A stretch of DNA of 27,731 bases, taken from positions 62,001 through 89,731 of the forward strand of contig JBFLGF010000048.1 of NCBI GenBank assembly GCA_050230475.1, read 5' to 3'. The position numbers and the translations under genes were made by a program. This DNA is from Ancylonema sp. (taxonomy: Eukaryota). The notes beneath the pieces are model-generated. The model did no database searches, was not told the DNA's origin, and saw only the letters and a list, made by a program, of their open reading frames with translations. Every line of letters starts with the position of its first letter. Position 1 is the stretch's first letter. Shown piece by piece: positions 10,270-19,612 of the stretch.

Positions 10270-10565
10270 ACTCATAATTTCATTAGGGAGAATGTTGAGA
10301 ACAAGGAGTTCAATTTCGAATTTGTTATGACTTTGTCGATGGCAGTAGATCAAATGACAAAGCATGTGGGAGTCATGATTTTGGGAGTAGGAAAGACCCT
10401 TATGGGCATGTGCACTGGCTAGTAATTAACTTAGTCATATCGTTGAGAGGGGGATTGTGTGCATGGCAACAATAATGCCTAAGTGTTAGACCATTCGGTT
10501 GGGCAGCTAACTGCACCTAGTTGGAGGCTAGGCTGGTTATTAGATGTGATGGTCATTTGACCAAG
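10270..10565 (+). mobile_element. Copia 3' fragment: RNase H C-terminus, PPT (10445-10454) and start of 3' LTR (10456)
   Basis: HNFIRENVENKEFNFEFVMTLSMAVDQMTKHVG...GMCTG*; GAGAGGGGGA-T-TGTG. Clearly homologous to the minus-strand element at 27150-27445. Confidence 0.85.
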
Positions 10566-10566
10566 N
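10566..10566. other. Single N, probable scaffold or contig join
   Basis: Homology to the 27004-27263 LTR stops at the N, and a different LTR follows. Confidence 0.7.
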
Positions 10567-10887
10567 AATACGAATAATGCCGCCGAACGTGCGATTTAAT
10601 AGAAATACTGTGACGGGACACGCTATAGGCACAATGCTTTAGGAGCGCTTACTAGTGGTCCTAACAATACTTGATTTATTTTGCGTGTAAAAGGGTAGTC
10701 CATCGCTATGGATTACCTTTCAATTGGTATCAGAGCTGACGATGTCGGACGTAATCGTATCATACTCAGGGAGGGTAATTACAGAGTCTGGTCCACAGTC
10801 CTCGAGCAAACGTTGAGGGAGAAAAAACTGTGGAACTACGTAATGGGCACGTCTGTCCCACCTTCAGCCCCTCGCGTTTGTGTCTAG
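10567..10887 (+). mobile_element. Copia 5' fragment: LTR end (10722), tRNA-iMet PBS (10725-10736), gag N-terminus (ORF 10708-10887)
   Basis: ...CCTTTCA AT TGGTATCAGAGC; MDYLSIGIRADDVGRNRIILREGNYRVWSTVLEQTLREKKLWNYVMG has the copia gag N-terminal L..GNY..W...L...LW..V.G pattern. Confidence 0.85.
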
Positions 10888-11012
10888 AAGCGCTATAACC
10901 TTGGTCTTCCAAAGGCCATAGCCTTCGCGATCTTTCAAAATTATCTTCTCCACATATTCTTCTGAGCCGTTGGCTCTGATACCACTTGTAGAGGCCATAG
11001 GCCTCACTACTT
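10880..11012 (-). mobile_element. Second copia 5' fragment, convergent: LTR end (10987), PBS (10972-10984), gag N-terminus from ATG 10998
   Basis: Minus strand GTAGTGAGGCCTATGGCCTCTACA AG TGGTATCAGAGCC; translates MASTSGIRANGSEEYVEKIILKDREGYGLWKTKVIALLD. Confidence 0.82.
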
Positions 11013-12010
11013 GAATATTTTGACTATTCGAGATGGATCATTTATGTTATTATTGGTGTACACATGTGTGTCGATGACACGATTCTATTCGGTACGACAA
11101 ACACAACTTGATATAGACTTTAGGCAAACTCACACGTGAGACTCTAGAGTACTCTAGTCCGTTCCATAAGTGCGTGTCGTGGCAAGCTAGATGATCGGCT
11201 CTATCGAGGGACGATCGTACACGGACAAATATAGAGACACACTCCTACACTTTTGTACTCACTGGATTTAACACTACAGAGGAGCTTTGTCTATGAGTTT
11301 TGCGTTGTGCTTTGCACTGTGAGTATGAGTGAGTGAGTTTGAGTGAGTTTGCATACTGCTATTGCAGTTAACATTGAGTAGTGAGTTTCGTGTTAAGGGG
11401 AATCGTTAGCATATACACGGGTAGGCGTTGTTATATTTGCCTTTACAGCGAGCGCAAGTGTGCCTATACTGCATTGGCGGCGGTGTCAAGGATACAACAC
11501 GCGCGTGCAAGATCTACCACATGTTACACATGTCTATTTTAATAGATAGCCGAGACCGGTATCACCTCACATTTGATTTTGGGTTCGAAAGACTTTACGT
11601 GGGACGGACCAATCATTGACGGGATTATCGATGATTGGGGTCAAATGCACTAACTCTAGACAGAGCAGTTGCACATGTGTTCACCCATCGCTCTCAGAGA
11701 TGCATTGCGTCTCTGAACACTCCGTTAGCATTTCCTGCATCCCCATCTCGTCTACGAATATTATGTGCGTCCTTTCATGCGCATTTACACTCATTCACAA
11801 GTGCATGACATTGCTCGGGCTGTGACCAGCCTAGAGTACCTTGGTGACTCAAGTTTGACTTTCGATGGTGGTACTTGCATCCATTTGCCCTCGCATTGGG
11901 GGACATGCATAGACATTGCTCCAAAGGGGATATTACAACTTGGGGGTAGATATTACTCATTTAAGCATGCGATTCTATACAATGTGACATGAGGCCTTAT
12001 GGCCTCCACA
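11011..12010 (+). mobile_element. Copia-family LTR (related to 6776-6993) interrupted near its 3' end by an insertion
   Basis: 11170-11385 aligns by eye with 6800-6977. The terminal GAGGCCTTATGGCCTCCACA resumes at 11991-12010. The 5' boundary is approximate. Confidence 0.72.
11386..11989. mobile_element. 604-bp insertion, probably a solo LTR, with 4-bp TSD TGAG
   Basis: TGAG at 11382-11385 and 11990-11993 flanks a segment ending ...TGTGACA. The start (TTTCGTG) is degenerate. Confidence 0.6.
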
Positions 12011-12470
12011 AAATACACCAAAAATTTCAATATATTGTTTAGATTTGACTACAATAGTAAGTAGACACTTAGTGCAGTGGTCTAGGTAACCCAAGTATTA
12101 ATGTGGGATTTCACCTACGATGACACCGTTTTTTTGGTTTTTTCACTTGAAATTTATGTAGACTGTGCTATAGACTGTGTCGACCGCGGTTTGCCAGTCG
12201 AGACCGCGGTCTAAAATCCTCTTCCGGCCGGTCTATTGCTACACTACCTCAAAGTTGCCCCCCGAAGTTCCACACCTGCCCGGTATCAAACGCAAAAATG
12301 AAGAGGTGATCTGATTCGACGGCGGGAACGTCACGAACCAATCACGGGTCCCGCCTGGCAACGAAAAGCTGCTAAAAAAATTTGGTTTCCAACCGGGTAA
12401 CCATCACCCGAGTTGTCACGGGACTACCGATAAGATAGTGTATCTTCAGCTTCTCGCAAACAATACAAAA

Positions 12471-13182
12471 CCGGCCATGTTTAATCCCCCCCCGATTTGG
12501 AAATGGAGTTTTGACTAGGCCATGTTTGAGCCCCCCTCGCGAGAATATGTTTTTTTTAACCCCCCCTTCATCCCCCCTCTCTAAATTTTATTACTTTTAA
12601 GCAATCCCCCCTCTTGGTTTGCGTTTAATTGTCCAGTCAATGTTGCGTCAACTTTTGTTTACCAAAATGCAAGAATGAAAATTATCATAGATCATTGTTC
12701 GTCCTTGTGAATATGGTCGACAACTTATGGTTTGTTGACATGTGGCGATGTGCGCTATTGATGTACAAGCTTATGCTAAAGTCCAAAAGGTATCACATGG
12801 CATGCTCATTACTGAAACTTATTGCACATGTTAAATTGGACACAAATCAAACATTGTACATTCCATAACACAACATCGTACCGAATTGTTTGCGACAATT
12901 ATTCAATTACTCTTCATTGAGGCACACATCAAATTATGTCACAGCTCAAACTAAAACTTAAATTGGTCTCCATATATTACAAAAAAGGTCATAGGTTCGG
13001 TTCAACTGTGGCACTTGGGATTGTGGTCCATGGGGGTTTTTTTTCCGTGGAGGATAATCCCCCCTCTGCCCAAATTAGTTTTGACCGGGCCATGTTTGAG
13101 CCCCCCTTGCCGAAAAATTAATTGAGTTTTAAGTTTGACCCCCCCCAAAATAATTATTAAGGTGCGGATCAAACATGGCCGG
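12471..13182. mobile_element. MITE (712 bp) with TIRs and internal direct repeats, Tc1/mariner-pogo-like
   Basis: Left CCGGCCATGTTTAATCC, right GGATCAAACATGGCCGG followed by TA. Internal direct repeat TTTTGAC..GGCCATGTTTGAGCCCCCC at ~12509 and ~13079. AT-rich non-coding interior. Confidence 0.75.
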
Positions 13183-13592
13183 TACGGCACCTTCAGCGAG
13201 GGAGGGAGCTAACTTTACGTATGCCCAAACAATATGCCCAAACAACGTTCCGCTCCGCACACGTGCGTCGTGGCAATTTATGCAGCCACTGCATTAATTA
13301 CAGCTTTTTGGACCTGGGTCCGACAGGAGGGTGGCGCAATTCCCTTGGGCCCGGTCCTGGGTCGGCTGTAATTATGGCTCGTGAGGCAGAATTACAGCGG
13401 ACCACGCACTCTTGCTAACACTGCTAGGCCAGCCGGATCACAGCTGCAAGAGAATACATTCCTTGCTCACGAGACCCCGCGCTCGCGCGTCTGACCTACG
13501 TTCCGTCTGTCAACATGGTGTGACGGTGGAACATTATCTGTCCGTACACTGATCGCATCGGCAGGCTCGACGCCTGCCTTGGATCAGCGGCA

Positions 13593-14375
13593 ATGGCGCA
13601 ATCGAACTGGCAGCGACCGCCGTTCGCTGGTGGACCACAACATCCCCGGCTGCTTCACGGACCGCCCTACAATCCCCTCTTCCCGCCTCCAGACATACCC
13701 TCAAGCCACATGCCTCGTGCCGCACCTCCTGCGCATCAGTACCCTCCTCGTGGCATTCTTCCGCCCTGCTCTTCATTACTTAAGACAACATACTCAAACG
13801 CACATCCTTTAAACTCACCACTTGAGCCCCCCGTCTACGCACCTCCACCTCGAACCCCCCCCAGCTGGCAAGGACCTGCCCCTCTTCGCCCCCCTGCCCT
13901 GCAATCTCTCAATGCATTGACAGGACTTTCACCCTCGCGAGCCTCGGCCTCCTTCCCCACACCGCCTGGCGGTAGCAGTCCCCCCTTCATGGCTGCAGTC
14001 ACCAACCCCCAAATCGGACTTGCAGGGAGCCGAGAAATGAGTTCGACAATCTCCGCTGCTTCCCAAAATATTCCTATGGCACCACATGTTCCCCCTGGAT
14101 TCTTCCTCTTTCCCTTCCCGCCCTTTGGATTCTTCCCTCGCCTTCCCTCCCCACTCCCCTTCTCACCGCCCAGTGTCATTCAATCCCAATCAGCGACAAG
14201 TGGAGGTGCCTCATTGGGCCAGGCTGTCAGTCCATTTGGCATCACAGAGGTGGAGGAGGACACGTCAGAGGCTGACAGCTGGAGCGCTCATAAGGGTGAT
14301 GACGGGATTGTGTACTACTTTAACGCCACCACAGGGTTATCCACTTTTCAAAAACCGCTGGATCTCGTCTTCGAG
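13593..14375 (+). CDS. PRP40C: PRP40C exon 1 (Pro-rich region, WW1)
   Basis: ORF 13593-14417; donor GAG|GTGTGC after KPLDLVFE. Confidence 0.88.
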
Positions 14376-17300
14376 GTGTGCTCAGACCCTCAGTTCACTA
14401 CAATTAACCTAACTTAAGTACAACGTGGGAATCAGATATGCTGGTTTTGGGCCATTTACTCACTATGGGTTGGGGAAGCTGGGTGGGTTGGACACATGGC
14501 AGACTCAGAGTGGGCCACCGAAACCTGTCTCCTGGTAGGTCCTCCCACGCCTGACTCTCGTGGTGGTGTGGGTTGCATAGAGTGTAACCTGGCAAAGTCA
14601 TGTGCTGACGTGGCAGGGGTGCGGGTGCAGGGAGCGTGTGGCAGGCACAGAGTGGGTAGTGGTGACAACAGACAACAGGAAGAAATATTATTATAACGGA
14701 AAATCGCAGGTGAGCCTTCGACAAAGAGCTGTGGTGATGGTAGGATCAGATGGAAGAACATAGTTTACACTGTATTTTTTTAATTTTTGAGGAAGAATGA
14801 ATGAAATGTTTTGACATATCCACAAATGGGTGTTTTCCATTTATGGTGAGGTGTTTGGGGATGGTATATTTTTTTGAGATTTCAAGAAGATACTGCTTAT
14901 TGTGAGTTCTACTCAACTCTGAAAAGTACATGGAATCGTTTCCTTCCTAGACACTCCGAAAAATGCCCCCAGGTGTTTCAAAAGTATTATCGATAGTCAT
15001 TTGAGAGTCATAATGACCAATAGTCATTCGACAGTTTCGTGACAAGATTTACACACCAATATGGAATCTTTGAAGGAGGAGATTATGAATGCTGGAAGGC
15101 CAGAAAATGATATATTCAGGAAACAAATGTCAATGTCACTTACCTATATATCATGTATGGCATCATTCCCATGTGTAATCTATTTCGGGTTTCGAGGTCC
15201 GGTATCATGGCATGTGGTTTTGAATGTCGCATCTCATCGGTCATTTCTGGTCTGAATTTTATGGTTTTCTCATTCGGGTTCCTTTTCTTTTGTATCTGGG
15301 TCTCAGTCTACCAGTTGGGCTGTGCCTCTCGAAGTTGCCACTGCTCGAAAGCTCGCCCAACAATCTGTCACCTCCCAACCAGCTGCAGGTGTAGGGGGGG
15401 AGTGGGCACGGCTGGACGTCATAAAAAAGAAACTACAGGTGACACTTTTGAAAAGAGTCAGGGTGGAAGGGGGTGGGTTATTTAGGTGGGTTCGCCAGTC
15501 TGGGAGGGCTGCATGGATTTAAATGACAAAGAAGAAGTCATATTGCTTGTATTATGATTTTTTATTCTATTATAATCAATTGCAATCATAAGTATAAATT
15601 GGGGTTGGGATTGAAGGACTTGGGTAGAGTGGGGGGTGGGGGTGAGGATGCGGGATTTGTTCCCCCCTCTCTTGCTCCAGACCCTCCTCTGGGATTGCTG
15701 CCAGTAGGCCCCCCTCCAGAGTTGGAGGGGGAGGAGGAGGGGGGTTCAGGGTCGGTATCGTCTGACGTGTCAAGTGAGGAGGAGGGAAAGAAGGTGGTGT
15801 CAGCCAGCATTAAGGCAGCGTGTTACAAGGTGCGATTTGTCTTGCATTGCATCTTAGGATTTCAATCTCCAGGAAAGTGAACTCTGTGTTTGTCTTCCCT
15901 TTATAAGAAGTTGATTACAGCCGAGGGAGATTTTGTAACCTTTTGATACTCTCATTCCCATTTTTGCCCCTCTCCCCTCAGGAAATGTTGATAGAGAAGG
16001 GCATTGCTCCATTCGCAAAGTGGGATAAAGAGTTACCAAAAATCTTGTTCGATCACCGCTTCAAGGTGAAAGGGATCGATTGCTACTCATTGTCACTGCA
16101 TCTGGTTCGAAGTCTGACTTGGATGCAGATTTGGATTCGGATCTGGTTTAGATTTGATATTTTCGATTCAAACCACAACTTCAGAATCGCATTTAATAAG
16201 ATCGTGAAAGAGTGAGAGATTACAACGAATGCACTTGCAGGTGCAGGCACAGGATGAAGTGGATTGAAGTTTAGATTCAATTTTTCTTGAGAGCAAATAC
16301 TTGGTCTCACATTGCAAAGTGGACCCTGTTAGTGCCAAATAAGAGTGGATGTGAACTCAAGTAATTGTAAGGTGTACATGTTGTTATTGCTTCTGTGTTT
16401 GTCTCAAGTTGCAAGCATTTAACGTGAAAATTTATTAAAAACATCTTGAAGGCTGCCACCTGCACCCTTTCTGTCCTTGCTTTCTCCCCCCTTCCAGGCA
16501 ATTTATAATCCCATCGAGAGGAGGTCTCTGTTCGATTTATTTGTGCGCACGCGAGCAGAGGAGGAGAGGAAAGAGAAGAGGGCCTCGCAGAAGGCGGTTG
16601 TGAGCGGATTCAATGCTCTATTGGACGAGGCACAAGAGGTGAACAATAGATGATGATGAAGGCGATGTTACTCATGATGACAAAGATGATGATTTCTTAG
16701 ATCGTTTCCTAATGAGGATATTGGTAGACGTTGTACTGTCTTACAACTCGGATAATTTTGATATGTATGAGTCATTTGCTGTTTCTCACTTTTGTGTGGT
16801 TCTTTGCTTCCCATTTTATCTCATAGACCTTTAGCCATGCGACTGGCGTAAGTGATTTGGAGGCAGTCTTGGGGAAGGATGCAAGGTGGAGTGCAATAAA
16901 ATTAAGCGATAGAAGCCGCCTGCTAAAAAAAAGGTGCAGACCCACAAACTCTATCTAATAACAACAGAAATTTTAAAATAAGAAGTCCTGTAAAAACATG
17001 ACTATCCAAAGCGTGGAACAGAAATGCTGAAACCAGAAATTGTAGTGGATTATCATCTAATTCTCCCATAGTAAACCAAACTATGAACGAGCATCCAGTC
17101 CTGTGTCCACTGTCCTCTAGTTTTAGTCTCACTTGTATGTTTGTGACTTTTGTCAGGTTGGCACCCCTGGTGGCAGCAGAAAGTGCCAAAATGGCAAAAA
17201 TACGCCATGAGGCCAGGAAGGGATTCATGGCAATGCTTGAAGAACAAAAGAACTGGACGGGATCGACGCGATGGGCAAAGGTGTGGCCATATGCATATAA

Positions 17301-18871
17301 AATAAGATGAGTGTGTCCTTACCATACATGAGTCATGAGTAACTCGAAATCGGTATAACAGGTTACATAAAGTACAAAGAATGGGCACTTTTTGATACTG
17401 TACCACCCAGAGATGAAGATCCAATTTAAAATATAGAGAGATTCAAATGGTTATAACTCGAAAAGATCCAGGGTAAAGTGTGTTTCTTTGGGTGATTTTT
17501 GAAAAATCCATTACCGATACCAACATACTCACTATGTCGAGTGATAGGTGATCTGATCTGATTCACGCTCCGGGAATTCATAAAGGATCTCGATATCTAG
17601 GTGGACTGGTACGATCTTATACAATCGTGTTGTACCAGGTGTCATCCTCTCTGCGATCAGATCTCAGGTATAGTGCAGTGTCGCGAGACGAGAGAGTGTC
17701 ATTGTTTGAGGCGCATGTGGAGATGATAATGGATGAGGAGAGGGAGAGGAGGGAGGGGAGGAGGAGGGAGCTACTGCAAAAGGAGGAGGTAACTCATAGT
17801 GATGTTAGGGATGACTCATGTATACTCATGCATGTACAGTGGTGTTTAACAATTGACTCATGTGTGAAGGAATATGCATGAGTAATGGCTGTCGTATGAA
17901 TGTGCGTGTGTGTGCGGAGGCATTACAATCAATTATGACAGCTTGCTTAGAATGATGATGTATTGTGTGTGAATGGATGTAACATGATGGAATATGGGGT
18001 TTAACGTCTGGGGTTGGTGATGGGGTTCAGGAGGCGAAGTCGGCCGCCAGAGCCAAGGAAGAAGAGGAGGAAAAGGTAAACGCTAGGATCAATCCAAAAC
18101 ACCCAAATTATACCAAATTCAAATCAATCAGATATAATTTAATATATCAGATATATCAGATATAATCAGAATAATTTGATTAATCAAGTCAATCAGATAT
18201 ATTATACCAAAGCACACAAATGATATCTTATTGTTTCTGCGCATGTGGTGGATTGTCACTTGTGGACTTGTGTGTCACTTGGTGGATTGTCAAATTTTCT
18301 GCCCATCTACTTTCTTTGTGGAAGGAGTTCAAGACAATTTTGTCCATCCAAATAATGAATTATTTTTTAAAAAAATGACTTCTTGTGGCAGTCCAAGAAG
18401 AGGGATTTTTGGTGCATGTTGCGGGAGTGCATCGCCACTGACGTCTGCCATTGGTCCAATGCAAAGAGAGTGGCACGCCAAGACCCAAGATACGGGCGCT
18501 TGTCCAAGGCTGATCGGGAAAGGGTGTGGGAAGAATATGTGGAGGATAGAGATGAGGGGGGAGAAAAAAGGCGGGGAAGGGATGGGTCGAAAGGAAGAGG
18601 GAGGAGAGGGGAAGAAATCGAGGAGATGGGAGATGGGGAGGAGAGAGCAAAGCAAGCGAATAAGCATGCGAATAAGCATGCGAATAGGAACAGTGACAAA
18701 GGTAAAGATAGGGGTAGGTGTATGGAGAGGGATGGGCATCAGAAAAGAGATAGGAGTAGGGATCATGACAAGGGCACTGAGAGAGACAGGGATAATGGTA
18801 GCGATAGGGGTAGGGACGATGGAGCAGAGAGGGAGAAGAAGAGCGAGAGGAATGAGAAGATGGAGAACTGA
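13593..18871 (+). CDS. PRP40C: Pre-mRNA-processing protein 40C-like (TCERG1/CA150-related; WW + FF domains), 12 exons: 13593-14375, 14503-14534, 14631-14709, 15307-15438, 15617-15829, 15982-16065, 16498-16638, 16827-16933, 17157-17280, 17639-17788, 18031-18075, 18392-18871; 789 aa
   Basis: Pro-rich N-terminus; WW1 WSAHKGDDGIVYYFNATTGLSTFQKP; WW2 WVVVTTDNRKKYYYNGKSQSTSWAVP; LDVIKKKLQD; FF1 EMLIEKGIAPFAKWDKELPKILFDHRFKAI..RRSLFD; further FF repeats. All introns are GT-AG and phase-compatible, giving 2370 nt in frame. Confidence 0.92.
14503..14534 (+). CDS. PRP40C: PRP40C exon 2 (micro-exon, TQSGPPKPVSW)
   Basis: CAG|...TG|GTAGGT; supplies the phase needed by exon 3. An alternative acceptor giving a start at 14509 is possible. 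Confidence 0.7.
14631..14709 (+). CDS. PRP40C: PRP40C exon 3 (WW2)
   Basis: ERVAGTEWVVVTTDNRKKYYYNGKSQ|GTGAGC. Confidence 0.88.
15307..15438 (+). CDS. PRP40C: PRP40C exon 4
   Basis: STSWAVPLEV...LDVIKKKLQ|GT. Confidence 0.88.
15617..15829 (+). CDS. PRP40C: PRP40C exon 5 (acidic linker)
   Basis: AAG|DLGRV...SSDVSSEEE...AACYK|GT; the acceptor is less certain. Confidence 0.75.
15982..16065 (+). CDS. PRP40C: PRP40C exon 6 (FF1)
   Basis: EMLIEKGIAPFAKWDKELPKILFDHRFK. Confidence 0.92.
16498..16638 (+). CDS. PRP40C: PRP40C exon 7
   Basis: AIYNPIERRSLFDLFVRTRAEEERKEKRASQKAVVSGFNALLDEAQE. Confidence 0.92.
16827..16933 (+). CDS. PRP40C: PRP40C exon 8 (FF2)
   Basis: TFSHATGVSDLEAVLGKDARWSAIKLSDRSRLLKK(R). 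Confidence 0.85.
17157..17280 (+). CDS. PRP40C: PRP40C exon 9 (FF3 start)
   Basis: LAPLVAAE...GFMAMLEEQKNWTGSTRWAK|GT. Confidence 0.88.
17639..17788 (+). CDS. PRP40C: PRP40C exon 10 (FF3 end)
   Basis: VSSSLRSDLRYSAVSRDERVSLFEAHV...QKEE|GTAACT. Confidence 0.9.
18031..18075 (+). CDS. PRP40C: PRP40C exon 11
   Basis: CAG|EAKSAARAKEEEEEK|GTAAAC; phase 0 on both sides. Confidence 0.75.
18392..18871 (+). CDS. PRP40C: PRP40C exon 12 (last FF domain and R/D/E-rich tail)
   Basis: DFWCMLRE...WSNAKRVARQDPRYGRLSKADRERVWEEYVED, then a charged tail to TGA 18871. Confidence 0.88.
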   Translation, partial: SKKRDFWCMLRECIATDVCHWSNAKRVARQDPRYGRLSKADRERVWEEYVEDRDEGGEKRRGRDGSKGRGRRGEEIEEMGDGEERAKQANKHANKHANRNSDKGKDRGRCMERDGHQKRDRSRDHDKGTERDRDNGSDRGRDDGAEREKKSERNEKMEN

Positions 18872-19349
18872 ATGGGGGAAAGAGGGGAAGGAAGAGAAAA
18901 ATAGGGACATCAAGAGATAGAGGGGGAAAAGGGAAGGAGAGGGATGAAAAGAGGGAAGGTGAGGGTGGGCGAAATATAGTCAATTCTTATGGGAACAAAT
19001 TTGTGCCAAATCCGTACCTTAGTCATGCATGAACAATGCAGCATGATGCGATAGATTAATATTATTTATGATAATAATAAATCATTACACCAACACATAA
19101 GAACATGTCATTTCAAATCGTCTATTAAGTGAGTAGCCAACTAGTTACTTATAGGAGGCCATTAAACACTCAAAACAGAGGTAAGTTAATCGTAGAGAAC
19201 TACAAGCACTATACTCTGTACATGATATCCGGCCATATAAAGAAGTCCACTACCTCAAAGGATGAGACTTTCATTGAAGACAATGTCGTACTATCCAGAG
19301 TCGTGTATATCCACACGTGTCATTGCACTTACACCACTAATGTACTCCC

Positions 19350-19612
19350 CTCACATGCGAGAGCCAATGTGGTATTGAGTAGATTACCAAATCTCAACGA
19401 AATACGAATCATAAATCTCAAGACAAACAAGAGGCAATCGTCGAGATGGCAAAACTAGAATCTACAATCCACAACTGCATTGCACACCAATAAGAATATC
19501 TCACAACCCAAACTACGAATCTTGTCCCAAAATATGAAATCTATCCGCAAACATTTCGAAGATATCATATCTAACAAAGAATTACTAACCGCCGATGTCT
19601 TACTATTTTTTG
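19350..19612 (+). pseudogene. Degenerate Helitron/Helentron Rep-Hel fragment: Pif1 helicase motif VI joined to the start of an AP-endonuclease domain
   Basis: ANVVLSRLPNLNEIRIINL (cf. AYVALSR..SL.GL.I.N), frameshift, QEAIVEMAKL, frameshift, KLRILSQNMKSIRKHFEDIISNKELLTADVLLF (EEP strand 1, cf. I...NVRSL.KH..DI......ADI). Confidence 0.55.

Noticed and set aside
3870..12010. An intact LTR retrotransposon bounded by the LTRs at 6776-6993 and 11011-12010
   Set aside because: The LTRs are only distantly similar, there is no PBS after 6993, and the interval contains unrelated fragments and an N.
16120..16165. GGATT(C/T)-like hexamer run in intron 6
   Set aside because: Short degenerate simple repeat with no evidence of function.
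18231..18983. Overlapping long ORFs (18231-18920 +, 18329-18913 -, 18360-18983 -)
   Set aside because: Shadow frames of the purine-rich low-complexity last exon of PRP40C.
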